A stretch of 64,000 bases of DNA from Candidatus Multivoradales bacterium (GTDB taxonomy: Bacteria; Acidobacteriota; Thermoanaerobaculia; Multivoradales; J023): assembly GCA_965250305.1 (NCBI GenBank), contig CBDFNS010000017.1, positions 52,836 to 116,835 of the forward strand. Reading direction: 5' to 3'. The notes under the pieces were generated by a model. That model was given only the letters and a program-made list of their open reading frames with translations, was not told where the DNA came from and searched no databases. The position numbers and the translations under genes were made by a program. This document shows, piece by piece, positions 35,294-45,053 of this stretch (within the stretch, counting starts at the first letter, position 1; every line of letters begins with the position of its first letter).

Positions 35294-37489
35294 ATGCTTG
35301 TCAGAAACCTCGTGCGCACGACCGCCGTGGTGGGGGTCTTCACGATGACATCCAGCGTCACCACTGCGTCACCAGCTATTGCAGATGGTGCTACGAGCAA
35401 GCTGGCGGCGGCACCGTCTGTGGCCAATACGCCGTTGGTGAAACCCCCGGTCGCGAAGATCGCGCCCGAGGTTACGGAGATCCATGGTTACCAGCTGGTG
35501 GACCCGTACCGCTGGTTGCGGAATCGCGAGGATCCGGAGGTCGTCGCGTACCTGGAAGCCGAGAATGCTTACCTCCAGACAGCAACCGCGCACACCGCGG
35601 ATCTGCAGGAATCATTGTTCCAGGAGATTGTCGGCCGAATCCAAGAGACCGATCTCTCCGTGCCGGTACGCCACGGTGCATACTTCTACTACGATCGAAT
35701 CGAGGAAGGGCGCCAGTACAAGGTCTACTGCCGCAAGCACGGGAGCCTCGACGCCGCCGAAGAGGTGCTGCTCGACCTCAACGCCTTGGCCGAAGGCGAG
35801 AAGTACATGCGCTTGGGCGTCTACCAAGTGGCGCCCAATCACCAAGTGCTCGCATTCGCGCTGGATCGGGACGGCTCCGAGGACTACAACCTGCGGTTCA
35901 AGGATCTCGCGACCGGCGAGTTGCTCCCGGATTCGATCAAGGGCGTGGCCTACTCGTTCGCCTGGGCCAATGACAATCGCACCGTGTTCTACACCTTGCG
36001 AGATCACGCACGGCGACCGCATCGGGTCATGCGTCACGTCCTGGGAACCTCGCCCGCGGAAGACGAAGGGGTCTATCGCGACGACGATGAGCGGTTCTAT
36101 GTCTCGGTGGGCGCTACCCGCAGTCGCCGGTTCATCGTCGCCAGTTCGGGCAGCAGCCTGACCAGTGAGCACCATGTGATCAATGCCGATCACCCGGCTG
36201 GTGGTTTTCGCGTCTTCAAGGCTCGTGAGCAAGGCATTGAGTATGATATCGACCACCACGGTGACCACATCTACGTGCGAACCAACCATGAAGCCAAGAA
36301 CTTTCGATTGCTGCGGACTCCGATCGATGACTGGGATCCGGCGCAGTGGCGCGAAGTGCGGCCGCATCGGCCACGGGTCAAGCTCGAGTGGATCGAGCCC
36401 TTTGCGGACCACATGGTGGTGGCCGAGCGGGAAGCGGGCATGCGTCGGTTGCAAGTCATCGACCTCGCGCGTGGCACGGAGCGGCCGATCGAGATGCCCG
36501 AATCCGTCTACGCGACCTTTTCGGATACCAACCCTACCTTCGACACCACGTCGTTCCGGTTTCAGTACACCTCGCCGGTAACCCCCCGAACCGTATTCGA
36601 ATACGACTTGATCAGCGGCGCGCGAACCTTGCTCAAGCAAGACGAGGTTCGCGGTGGCTACGATCCCGATGCCTACGAGGCACAGCGGCTCTTCGCCCGT
36701 GCCCGCGACGGCATGGCCGTGCCGGTGACGTTGGTCTACAAGAAGGGCATGGCCCGTGACGGCTCCAGCCCCTGTCTGCTTTACGGGTATGGCTCCTACG
36801 GCGCCACCCTTGATCCCTACTTCAGCTCGAGCCGCTTGTCGCTGATCGATCGGGGATTTATCTTCGCCTTGGCCAACATCCGGGGTGGCGGCGCGTTGGG
36901 CGAAGGGTGGCACGAAGATGGCCGCATGTTGAACAAGCGGAGCACCTTCACGGATTTCATCGACGTGGCTTCGTTCTTGGTGGATCAGCGATTCACCACC
37001 CCTGAACGTATGGTCATGCAAGGTGGCAGTGCCGGTGGTCTGCTAATGGGCGCGGTGCTCAACATGCGCCCGGACCTGTTTCGAGCCGCGGTGGCACAGG
37101 TGCCGTTCGTCGATGTGGTCAACACGATGCTCGACGAGTCGATTCCACTTACGGTGGGCGAATTCGAAGAGTGGGGCAATCCCAAGAACCAGGAATTCTT
37201 CGAATACATGTTGTCCTACTCGCCGTATGACAACGTCGAAGCCAAGGCCTATCCGCGTTTGCTTATCACCGCGGGCTTGAATGATCCTCGGGTGCAGTAT
37301 TGGGAACCGGCCAAGTGGGCCGCGCGACTGCGGGCGACCAAGATCGACGACAATCTGCTGTTGCTGAAAACCAACATGGGTGCGGGGCATGGCGGTGCGT
37401 CGGGCCGGTACGATGCCTACCGGGAGCTGGCGTTTGTGTACGCATTCCTGCTCGACGCGGTCGGACTCGCGGAGGTCATAGATGAGTAA
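35294..37489 (+). CDS. ptrB: S9A serine peptidase, oligopeptidase B (protease II)
   Basis: The N-terminal motif is DPYRWLRNREDPEVVAYLEAENAY. The catalytic motifs are GGSAGGLLMG and a C-terminal GAGHGG. Confidence 0.85.
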   Translation: MLVRNLVRTTAVVGVFTMTSSVTTASPAIADGATSKLAAAPSVANTPLVKPPVAKIAPEVTEIHGYQLVDPYRWLRNREDPEVVAYLEAENAYLQTATAHTADLQESLFQEIVGRIQETDLSVPVRHGAYFYYDRIEEGRQYKVYCRKHGSLDAAEEVLLDLNALAEGEKYMRLGVYQVAPNHQVLAFALDRDGSEDYNLRFKDLATGELLPDSIKGVAYSFAWANDNRTVFYTLRDHARRPHRVMRHVLGTSPAEDEGVYRDDDERFYVSVGATRSRRFIVASSGSSLTSEHHVINADHPAGGFRVFKAREQGIEYDIDHHGDHIYVRTNHEAKNFRLLRTPIDDWDPAQWREVRPHRPRVKLEWIEPFADHMVVAEREAGMRRLQVIDLARGTERPIEMPESVYATFSDTNPTFDTTSFRFQYTSPVTPRTVFEYDLISGARTLLKQDEVRGGYDPDAYEAQRLFARARDGMAVPVTLVYKKGMARDGSSPCLLYGYGSYGATLDPYFSSSRLSLIDRGFIFALANIRGGGALGEGWHEDGRMLNKRSTFTDFIDVASFLVDQRFTTPERMVMQGGSAGGLLMGAVLNMRPDLFRAAVAQVPFVDVVNTMLDESIPLTVGEFEEWGNPKNQEFFEYMLSYSPYDNVEAKAYPRLLITAGLNDPRVQYWEPAKWAARLRATKIDDNLLLLKTNMGAGHGGASGRYDAYRELAFVYAFLLDAVGLAEVIDE

Positions 37490-38762
37490 GGCGATCGGCG
37501 TTTTGATGTTTCTGCTGGTGACCACGAGCGCGTGGGCACGACCTGCTGTCGAGTCTGCGGTCGCGGAGACAACACCGCAGATCATCGAGCTTCGGCATCA
37601 AATCCATGCCCATCCCGAGCTCGGAAATCGGGAGTTCGAAACCGCGAAGCTGATCGTCGACCATCTTCGTTCACTTGGTATCGAGGACATTCGAACCGAG
37701 GTGGCCCATACCGGCGTGGTCGCGGTGCTCGAAGGCGGCCGGCCGGGACCGGTGGTGGCGATTCGGGCCGATATGGACGCATTGCCGGTGACCGAAGACA
37801 CGCCCTACGCCTTCAAGTCGACCATCAGGACCGAGTACTTGGGCCAAGAGGTTGGCGTTATGCACGCGTGTGGCCACGATATTCATGTCGCCGTTCAGCT
37901 GGGAGTAGCGTCGGTTTTGGCCGGCATGCGTGACGAGCTGGCCGGCACCATCAAGTTGATCTTTCAACCGGCGGAAGAAGGGCCGCCACCGGGCGAGGAC
38001 GGTGGTGCCGAGGTCATGGTGGCCGAGGGCACACTGGAGAATCCTCGGCCCGAAGCGGTTTTCGGGCTCCACACATTCTCCGAGATGGAAGTCGGCACCT
38101 TGGGTTATACGGTTGGACCTGCATTCGCGGCGGTCGACCATTTCAAGATCGAGGTTCTGGGGCGTCAGGCCCATGGGGCGGCGCCGCATCTCAGTGTCGA
38201 CCCAGTGGTGATGGCGGCGCAAGCGATTTCTGCGTTTCAGACGATTCGCGCACGCAATCTGCCGCCCCTCGAACCCAGTGTCGTCACGGTTGGGATTGTC
38301 CGTGGTGGGACGCGTTTCAACATCATTCCCGATGCCGTGCACCTGGAGGGCACCGTCCGCACCTACAGCGCAGAAACGCGCGATACCGTGGAGCGGCGAA
38401 TGGGAGAAATACTCGATGGTGTCACGCGCGCGGGTGGTGGGTTGTTCGAGCTCGACTACGAACGCGGGACCCCCGCGACGGTCAATGATCCACAACTCTC
38501 TGCCCGCGTCGCACCGTCGTTGAGCAAGGCGGTCGGGGAGGCGAACGTCCAGGTGTTGGAACCCACCATGGGCGGGGAAGACTTTGCCTACTTCGCCAAC
38601 GAGGTACCGGGTTTTTACTTTCGGCTCGGCATCGTGGCGCCGGGGACGACATCGGGTGGTCATCACACGCCGACCTTTGCCGCCGACGATGCTTCCATCG
38701 AGGTCGGAATCCGGGCGATGACCACGCTGGTGCTCGACTACCTCGCTGGCGCTGGTAAGTGA
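37482..38762 (+). CDS. M20D-family amidohydrolase (N-acyl-amino acid amidohydrolase/hippuricase-like)
   Basis: MHACGHDIH and GGEDFAYF motifs and a signal-like N-terminus are present. Confidence 0.85.
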   Translation: MSKAIGVLMFLLVTTSAWARPAVESAVAETTPQIIELRHQIHAHPELGNREFETAKLIVDHLRSLGIEDIRTEVAHTGVVAVLEGGRPGPVVAIRADMDALPVTEDTPYAFKSTIRTEYLGQEVGVMHACGHDIHVAVQLGVASVLAGMRDELAGTIKLIFQPAEEGPPPGEDGGAEVMVAEGTLENPRPEAVFGLHTFSEMEVGTLGYTVGPAFAAVDHFKIEVLGRQAHGAAPHLSVDPVVMAAQAISAFQTIRARNLPPLEPSVVTVGIVRGGTRFNIIPDAVHLEGTVRTYSAETRDTVERRMGEILDGVTRAGGGLFELDYERGTPATVNDPQLSARVAPSLSKAVGEANVQVLEPTMGGEDFAYFANEVPGFYFRLGIVAPGTTSGGHHTPTFAADDASIEVGIRAMTTLVLDYLAGAGK

Positions 38763-38822
38763 AGCGCTTCTGGTGAGGTGGTCGGCCCGCGGGGGTTGGT
38801 CCAATGACCGAGGCCAGCGCGC

Positions 38823-39896
38823 GTGAAGATTCTCTGCTCCCGGTCGGCCATCGAGGCGATTCAGCGCACGCTGCTCGCGTGGTACCGCGCCCACGCCCGG
38901 GATTTGCCTTGGCGACGAACCCGTGACCCGTACCGAATTTGGCTGTCGGAGGTGATGCTGCAACAGACCCGAGTCGAAACCGTGGTCGGCTACTACACGC
39001 GCTGGGTCGCCGCCTTGCCCACCGTCGAGGTGCTTGCCGCGGCCGACGAGGATCAGGTGCTCAAGCTGTGGGAAGGCCTCGGTTACTACCGTCGGGCACG
39101 CAACTTCCACCGTGCCGCTAAGGTGGTTGTGGTCGAGCGGGCGGGTCGCTTGCCGACCGATGCGAAGACCTGGTTGACCTTGCCGGGAGTGGGTCGTTAC
39201 ACCGCGGGAGCCATCGCCAGCATCGTCTTTGGTGAGCCCGTACCGGTGCTTGATGGCAATGTGAAGCGGGTACTTTCACGGCTGTTTCGAATCGAGAGCT
39301 CGATCGACGACAAGGTGACGATCGATGCGCTTTGGGACGTCGCTGCTCGTTTGGTGCCGGGTGACGCCGCCGGTGACTTCAATCAGGCGTTGATGGAACT
39401 CGGTGCGCGCGTGTGCGTGCCCCGGCGGCCGTCATGTCTGGTGTGCCCGCTGGCCGATCCATGCCGCGCCCGGCGGGCCGGTGTCCAAGAAAAGCTGCCG
39501 GTGCGTAAGGCGAAGCGCCCGGTTCCGTACCGCGACGACGTCGCGGCGTTGGTCTCCCGCGGTGGACGGTACTTGCTTGCCAAGCGCCCCGAAGGCCTGT
39601 TGGGTGGCCTGTGGGAATTCCCAGGCGGGCCGGTGGCCGAGGACGAGACCCAGTCTTCGGCCCTCGTTCGCAACCTCAAGGACCGCTTGGGGGTTGATAG
39701 TGCGGTGGGCGCCCTTCGCGGCCAAGTGAGGCACGCCTTCACGCACCGGCGTGTTACCTACCACCTCTACAATGTCAGGTTGGTTGGTGGTACACCCGCG
39801 CCCCGGTTTCATACCGAGTTACGCTGGGCTCGCCGTGCCGAATGGGATGACATGGCGTTGCCCGTCGCCATGCAGCGGCTCATAGCGCTTCTTTAG
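38823..39896 (+). CDS. mutY: A/G-specific adenine DNA glycosylase
   Basis: Motifs are WYRAHARDLPWRRTRDPYRIWLSEVMLQQT, the 4Fe-4S cluster CxxxxxxCxxCPxxxxC, and a C-terminal NUDIX-like domain. Confidence 0.9.
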   Translation: MKILCSRSAIEAIQRTLLAWYRAHARDLPWRRTRDPYRIWLSEVMLQQTRVETVVGYYTRWVAALPTVEVLAAADEDQVLKLWEGLGYYRRARNFHRAAKVVVVERAGRLPTDAKTWLTLPGVGRYTAGAIASIVFGEPVPVLDGNVKRVLSRLFRIESSIDDKVTIDALWDVAARLVPGDAAGDFNQALMELGARVCVPRRPSCLVCPLADPCRARRAGVQEKLPVRKAKRPVPYRDDVAALVSRGGRYLLAKRPEGLLGGLWEFPGGPVAEDETQSSALVRNLKDRLGVDSAVGALRGQVRHAFTHRRVTYHLYNVRLVGGTPAPRFHTELRWARRAEWDDMALPVAMQRLIALL

Positions 39897-39922
39897 ATTG
39901 TGCTACGGTTTGTGGGCACAAT
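39897..39922 (+). promoter_or_regulatory. palindrome ATTGTGC-N12-GCACAAT upstream of the antitoxin gene (candidate operator)
   Basis: This is a perfect 7-bp inverted repeat. A third TTTGTGC half-site follows at about 39927. Confidence 0.35.
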
Positions 39923-39945
39923 GTGATTTGTGCGAGGAGGACCTG

Positions 39946-40269
39946 ATGCAGTCATTTTCTATTCGCGACCTTCGGCAACGCTCTGGCGATCTAGTTCGGG
40001 ACGCCGAAGGTGGCAAGCTCGCTCTGGTGACCAAGCACGGTCGACCGATTTTGGTCGCGGTTCCCATGAGTGAACAGCTCTTGGAATCGGGCGTTGCCCG
40101 AGCCTTGGCAATCAAGCTCTTCGAGGAGAGGGTGTTGGGCCTGGGCAAGGCTTCCCGTGTAGCGAGTCTCAGCATCGAGGCGTTTGTCGAGTTGCTGGCT
40201 ACCTCGGGAATTCCCGTAGTCGACTATTCGCCAGACGAGCTCGACGACGAGTTGGATGCATTCGGGTAG
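39946..40269 (+). CDS. antitoxin: Phd/YefM-like N-terminus fused to a UPF0175-like C-terminus
   Basis: GAGGAGG lies upstream of the ATG. The N-terminus is FSIRDLRQRSGDLVRDAEGGKLALVTKHGRPILVAVP (Phd-like). The C-terminus is LGKASRVASLSIEAFVELLATSGIP (UPF0175-like). Confidence 0.65.
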   Translation: MQSFSIRDLRQRSGDLVRDAEGGKLALVTKHGRPILVAVPMSEQLLESGVARALAIKLFEERVLGLGKASRVASLSIEAFVELLATSGIPVVDYSPDELDDELDAFG

Positions 40270-40759
40270 TGAGAGCACCCTGATTGCCGACGCTGGCCCT
40301 CTGATCGGCTTGGCACGAATCGGTGCGCTTTGGTTGGTCGACCGGGTCGTCGACCATCTACTGGTGCCGAGCGCTGTGGTCGAAGAATGTTGCGGCGAAC
40401 TCTCCCGGCCAGGGGCCGAGCGAATTCGAGTGGCCCTCGGCAATTATCGTTGGAAGGTCATCGAGGCCGAAGAAGGAGCTGCCGTCGCCGCGCCACCATC
40501 GTTGGGTGCAGGAGAGTGGGCAGTAATTCGCATCGCGCAGGCGCGCGGCTTACCAGTCTTGCTCGATGACCACCAGGCTCGCCGCACAGCTCGGCGCCTG
40601 GGTATCCGGATGATCGGCACCGGTACCCTGCTTCTGATCGCTAAGAAGAAGGGCGCAATCTCGGAGATCGCGCCTTTCCTGGATCAGCTTCGGGAAGCGT
40701 CGTATCGGATGTCAGAATGCTTGGTCCGAGAACTCCTACGTCGCGCCGACGAACCATGA
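40256..40759 (+). CDS. DUF3368-family PIN-like toxin
   Basis: The gene overlaps the antitoxin 3' end. Motifs are LIADAGPLIGLARIG...LLVPSAVVEEC...GEWAVIRIA...LLDDHQARRTARRLGI. Confidence 0.75.
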   Translation: MHSGSESTLIADAGPLIGLARIGALWLVDRVVDHLLVPSAVVEECCGELSRPGAERIRVALGNYRWKVIEAEEGAAVAAPPSLGAGEWAVIRIAQARGLPVLLDDHQARRTARRLGIRMIGTGTLLLIAKKKGAISEIAPFLDQLREASYRMSECLVRELLRRADEP

Positions 40760-40774
40760 GGTCTCTCGATTCCG

Positions 40775-41626
40775 CTACACTCCCGCCCGCTCGAACGTGT
40801 CGCAGGCGTCGATGTTGCCGGTCTCGAGGCCGGTGCGGAACCACTGTTGACGTTGGGCCGAGGACCCGTGTGTGAAGCTCTCGGGTGAAACGCGTCGGCC
40901 AGCTGAACGCTGGATCCGATCGTCGCCCACGGCCGCAGCAGCGCCCATGGCTTCTTCGATATCACCCTGCTCGAGGATTTGCCGCTGCTTGTGACCATGG
41001 TGGGCCCAAACGCCGGCATAGCAATCGGCCTGAAGCTCCATCAAGACCGACAGGCGGTTGCCCTGGGCCTTGCTGGCCCGTTGTTGCATTTGACGTACCT
41101 GCGGTTCGATGCCGGTGATGCGTTGGATATGGTGACCCACTTCGTGAGCCAAGACGTAGGCCACGGAGAAGTCGCCGGAGGCCCCCATGCGTTGAAGCTC
41201 GCGAAGAAACCCGAGGTCAAGGTAGACCTTTTCGTCGCCCGGGCAATAGAAAGGGCCGGTGGCCGCGCTGTTGAAGCCGCAGGCCGACTGGACGGCGTCG
41301 TTGTAGAGGTGAAGTTTGGGCTGGCGGTATTGCGAGCCGGCTTGTGAGAAGAGTTGGCCCCAAACGTCTTCGGTGTCGCCGAGCACCACCGAGACGAAAT
41401 CCGCAACTTCGTCGTCAGGACCACCGGTGGGTGGTGGTGCCTGTTGTTGAACCGATCCGCTCGCGCCACCAAACATTTGAAGCAGTTGGGTGGGATCGAC
41501 CCCGAGGATCATGCTCGCCAAGAGTGCGAGCACCACCGTGCCACAACCGAACGATGCGCCGCGTGAGACCCGTCGGCCCCGCGCATCCTCGACATTCGTG
41601 CTTCGCCGCCCCTGCTTCCATCGCAT
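40775..41626 (-). CDS. neutral zinc metallopeptidase, YpfJ family
   Basis: MRWKQGRRSTNVEDARG is the hallmark N-terminus. A membrane helix and HEVGHH are present. Confidence 0.85.
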   Translation of the reverse strand: MRWKQGRRSTNVEDARGRRVSRGASFGCGTVVLALLASMILGVDPTQLLQMFGGASGSVQQQAPPPTGGPDDEVADFVSVVLGDTEDVWGQLFSQAGSQYRQPKLHLYNDAVQSACGFNSAATGPFYCPGDEKVYLDLGFLRELQRMGASGDFSVAYVLAHEVGHHIQRITGIEPQVRQMQQRASKAQGNRLSVLMELQADCYAGVWAHHGHKQRQILEQGDIEEAMGAAAAVGDDRIQRSAGRRVSPESFTHGSSAQRQQWFRTGLETGNIDACDTFERAGV

Positions 41627-41696
41627 CGCTTCACCCACTCGTCGGTTGCTGGAAAGAATCGAGACCAGCAATTTACCACGGAGCGGTTGATGGCGA

Positions 41697-43286
41697 CTAC
41701 GGCTGCACCGTGTCCCAGCCTTCGAGGTCGCCGTTCTCGAAGGCGTGACCGAATCGTTGGTTTTCGACCACGTCGTGCCGAAGATCTATCGCGATGCCAC
41801 CAAGAACGGTCCGTAGACCGCTGGGCCAGAAGATGTCAACGCGCGCGATACCCGTGCTGGCACCGAGTCCGAACTCCACCGCCGGGCTGTTAAACGACCC
41901 GCGGCCAGCGCCTCCCTCGACCTCCTTGACCGTGGTTCTGAGGTCGGTCGTGACCTCGATGCGGGCGCCGATGGCAGTGACGTTGCTGAGGGTGCCCGTG
42001 AGGGCCAAGGTGAGCCAGTGGTTGCTGGTAACGGTGTCATTGCGCCAGAGCTTGGTGGGCGAGTTGGTACCGCCGGTTACCACCACATCGAGATCGCCGT
42101 CACCATCAAAGTCTGCGAAAGCTACGCCCCGCCCATCCGACGGAACGCCGCCCGCGAGCGTGCCGGTAACATTGCTGAAGGTGCCGTCGACATCATTTTG
42201 GAACAGCACGCTGGGCGAGGTCGATGGATCGGCGCCGTTGGTGATCATGAAATCGACCCAACCATCGTTGTCGATATCGCCGGCATTGCAGCTGACGCCC
42301 CAGCCCAGAGGGTCTTCGGTGCCGCTGGCCGCGGTCACGTCGGCGAACGTGATCGCGGCGCCGGTGCCGCCCTGGTTCTCGTAGAGCGCGTTGGCATCGG
42401 GGTCCATGGCGTCGTTGGGCCAGGTCGTCCAATAGAGATCGAAGTCGAGGTCGTTGTCGTAATCGAAGGACAGCACGCCCATGCCCAGTCCCACTTTGTC
42501 GATACCCGCGCTGGCGGTCACGTCTGTGAAGGTGACGACGCCCTCCGCGTTGAACTCGAGCTCCGTGCTCGCTGGACCGTCGTTCATGAACAGCTGATTC
42601 GGGGAGAAGCCGCGGTTGCCGGCGAACAGATCCGCCCAGCCGTTGTTGTCCAAGTCGCTGGCGACGGCACCAACGCCTTGGTTGTTGACCAAGAGACCGG
42701 CTTCGAACGTAACGTCTTCGAACGCCATGTTGCCGAGATTGCGGTAGAGCGTGTCAGGACCACTAACATTTACGAAAACATCCAGCCAACCATCGCGGTC
42801 ATAGTCCAGCAAGGTGACGCCGCGAATCGAAGACTCTTGATCCAGTCCGGCCGTGCCGCCGATGTCAGTGAAGGTGAACCCTGCGCCTTCAGCTATTGGG
42901 CCGTTGTTGCGCAGGAGGACATCCTTGACCCCACCAGTGAAGGTGACGAGATAGAGGTCGAGGAAGCCGTCATTGTTGAAGTCGCCCCATGCGGCGCCGA
43001 CATGAAGGTCGGTTGCTTCACCACCGGCCCCGGTCTCGGTCGTGACGTCCACGAAGGTACCCGCGTCGTTGCGAAATAACCGGTTGGTACCGAGGTTGGT
43101 CACATACAGATCAGGGTCGCCATCGTTGTCATAGTCGCCCCACGCTGCTGATTCGGTCAGCGTCGCGGTTTGCGATAGGGCAGTGGGGGTTACGTCAGTA
43201 AAGGTCGGCGTACCAGCGGTGAGTGGCGCGCTGGCGAGCAAAGAGGGCACGACGAGCAACAGGACCGTGGATACAGAAACATGCAT
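41697..43286 (-). CDS. CRTAC1-family protein (FG-GAP/VCBS repeats plus ASPIC/UnbV domain), paralog 1
   Basis: A signal peptide is present. GDYDNDGDPD and DNDGW repeats recur, and the C-terminus reads NHWLTLALTG...GARIEV...GGAGRGSFNS...FWPSG. Confidence 0.85.
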   Translation of the reverse strand: MHVSVSTVLLLVVPSLLASAPLTAGTPTFTDVTPTALSQTATLTESAAWGDYDNDGDPDLYVTNLGTNRLFRNDAGTFVDVTTETGAGGEATDLHVGAAWGDFNNDGFLDLYLVTFTGGVKDVLLRNNGPIAEGAGFTFTDIGGTAGLDQESSIRGVTLLDYDRDGWLDVFVNVSGPDTLYRNLGNMAFEDVTFEAGLLVNNQGVGAVASDLDNNGWADLFAGNRGFSPNQLFMNDGPASTELEFNAEGVVTFTDVTASAGIDKVGLGMGVLSFDYDNDLDFDLYWTTWPNDAMDPDANALYENQGGTGAAITFADVTAASGTEDPLGWGVSCNAGDIDNDGWVDFMITNGADPSTSPSVLFQNDVDGTFSNVTGTLAGGVPSDGRGVAFADFDGDGDLDVVVTGGTNSPTKLWRNDTVTSNHWLTLALTGTLSNVTAIGARIEVTTDLRTTVKEVEGGAGRGSFNSPAVEFGLGASTGIARVDIFWPSGLRTVLGGIAIDLRHDVVENQRFGHAFENGDLEGWDTVQP

Positions 43287-43377
43287 GCTTGGCTCCCAGG
43301 TGATGGGAGATGCGATTATGGCATGATTCTTACCTGGGCCTGTCAAGTGTCTCGGTTCGAAGCGAACTCCGACGCGC

Positions 43378-44946
43378 TCACTCCACGACGATGTCCCATG
43401 CTTGCAGGTCGCCGTTTTCGAACCCGTGCCCGAACCGCTGGCTCTCGACGATCGAGAGTCTTTCGTCCAGAGCCAGGCCACCAAGCACGCTTCGCAAGCC
43501 GCTGGGCCAGAAGATGTCGACGCGCGCGACGCTGGTAGCGGTCCCGAGGCCGAATTCCACGGCCGGGCTGTTAAACGAGCCGCGGCCCGCGCCGCCTTCG
43601 ACTTCCTTCACCGTCGTGCGAATGTCGGTGGTGACCTCGATGCGGGCGCCGATGGCGGTACGGTTGCTGAGTGTGCCGGTCAGCGCCAGGGTGAGCCAGT
43701 GGTTCTCGGTCGCCGTATCGTTGCGCCATAGCTTGGTCGGTGAACCTGCGGCGCCGGTAATGATGACGTCGAGGTCGCCGTCGCCATCGAAGTCGGCGAA
43801 AGCCACGCCACGGCTGTCGGCGGGTACGCCGCCAGAGAGCGCGCTCGTAACGTCGTTGAAGGTTCCGTCGGCGTCGTTTTGATACAAGACGCTGGGGGTG
43901 GTCGTAGGGTCGGCACCGTTGGAGATGAGGAAGTCGACCCAGCCATCGTTGTCGATGTCTCCGGCGTTGCAGCTAACACCCCAACCCAGTCGGTCTTCGG
44001 TGCCGCTTGCCGCCGTGGCGTCGGCGAACGTGATCGCTGCGCCTACGCCGCCTTGATTTTCGTACAACGCGTTGGCATCAGGGTTCATGGCGTCATTGGG
44101 CCAGGTGGTCCAGTACAGATCGAAGTCGAGGTCGTTGTCGTAGTCAAACGACAGGACCCCCATACCGAGACCTACTTTGGCGATTCCTGCGCTGGTGGTC
44201 ACGTCGGTGAAGGTGACCGCGCCTTCGGTGGCCGCGACGCCGTCGTTCATGAACAGGCGGTTGGGCACGAAGCTTCGATTGCCGGAGAAGAGGTCTGGCC
44301 AGCCGTCATTGTCCAGGTCGCTGGCCACCGTACCGACCCCTTGATTGTTCACCAGCAGTCCCGCTTCGAAGGTCACATTGTCGAAAGTCATGTTGCCCAA
44401 GTTGCGATAGAGGGTGTCCGGGCCACTCACGCTGATGAAAACATCGAGCCAACCGTCGCGATCGTAGTCCAGTAGGCTGACGCTACGGATCGAGGACTCT
44501 TGATCGAGATTGGCCATGCCGCCTACATCGACGAATGAGAACGAGGCGCCTGGCCCACTAGGGCCGAGGTTGCGGAGGAGCTGGTCTTTGATCGTGCCGC
44601 TGAAGGTGACCACGTATAGATCGAGCCAGCCGTCGTTGTCGAAGTCGCCCCAGGCGGCGCCGACATCTTGGTTTCCGGTACCACCGCTGTTGGTGGTGGT
44701 AGTGACATCCACGAAGGTGCCGTCGTCGTTGCGAAGGAGTTGGTTGTCGCCCGACACCGTGAGGTAGAGGTCGGGGTCGCCGTCATTGTCGTAGTCGCCC
44801 CAGGCGACCGACTCGATCAGCACCGACGCTTGCGACAACGCCTCTGGCGTAACGTCGGTGAAGAATGGTGTGGCCGCCAGGAGCGGCGCGACCGTGCAGG
44901 TTGACAGAACGGCGAGGACGAGGACCGGATGTGGCAAAACACGCAT
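43378..44946 (-). CDS. CRTAC1-family protein, paralog 2
   Basis: The architecture is the same as paralog 1. By eye it is about 80% nucleotide-identical to paralog 1 over long stretches. Confidence 0.85.
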   Translation of the reverse strand: MRVLPHPVLVLAVLSTCTVAPLLAATPFFTDVTPEALSQASVLIESVAWGDYDNDGDPDLYLTVSGDNQLLRNDDGTFVDVTTTTNSGGTGNQDVGAAWGDFDNDGWLDLYVVTFSGTIKDQLLRNLGPSGPGASFSFVDVGGMANLDQESSIRSVSLLDYDRDGWLDVFISVSGPDTLYRNLGNMTFDNVTFEAGLLVNNQGVGTVASDLDNDGWPDLFSGNRSFVPNRLFMNDGVAATEGAVTFTDVTTSAGIAKVGLGMGVLSFDYDNDLDFDLYWTTWPNDAMNPDANALYENQGGVGAAITFADATAASGTEDRLGWGVSCNAGDIDNDGWVDFLISNGADPTTTPSVLYQNDADGTFNDVTSALSGGVPADSRGVAFADFDGDGDLDVIITGAAGSPTKLWRNDTATENHWLTLALTGTLSNRTAIGARIEVTTDIRTTVKEVEGGAGRGSFNSPAVEFGLGTATSVARVDIFWPSGLRSVLGGLALDERLSIVESQRFGHGFENGDLQAWDIVVE

Positions 44947-45053
44947 CTTCCCTCCGTTGAAAGTCTCGGTGTCTTAGGAAAATGTGATTGTAGCATGTAT
45001 TTCGATCTAGAGAATCGAAGCATGTTCGAGAACGATCACCGCGGCTTTCGCCT

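Noticed and set aside
35612-39110. Very long antisense ORFs (469 aa and 479 aa) opposite ptrB, the M20 amidohydrolase gene and mutY. Similar cases are 21766-22794, 42018-43079, 45138-46115 and 5185-5997.
   Set aside because: These are typical stop-poor shadow frames of high-GC coding DNA. They have no recognisable motifs, and each is fully covered by a strongly supported gene on the other strand.
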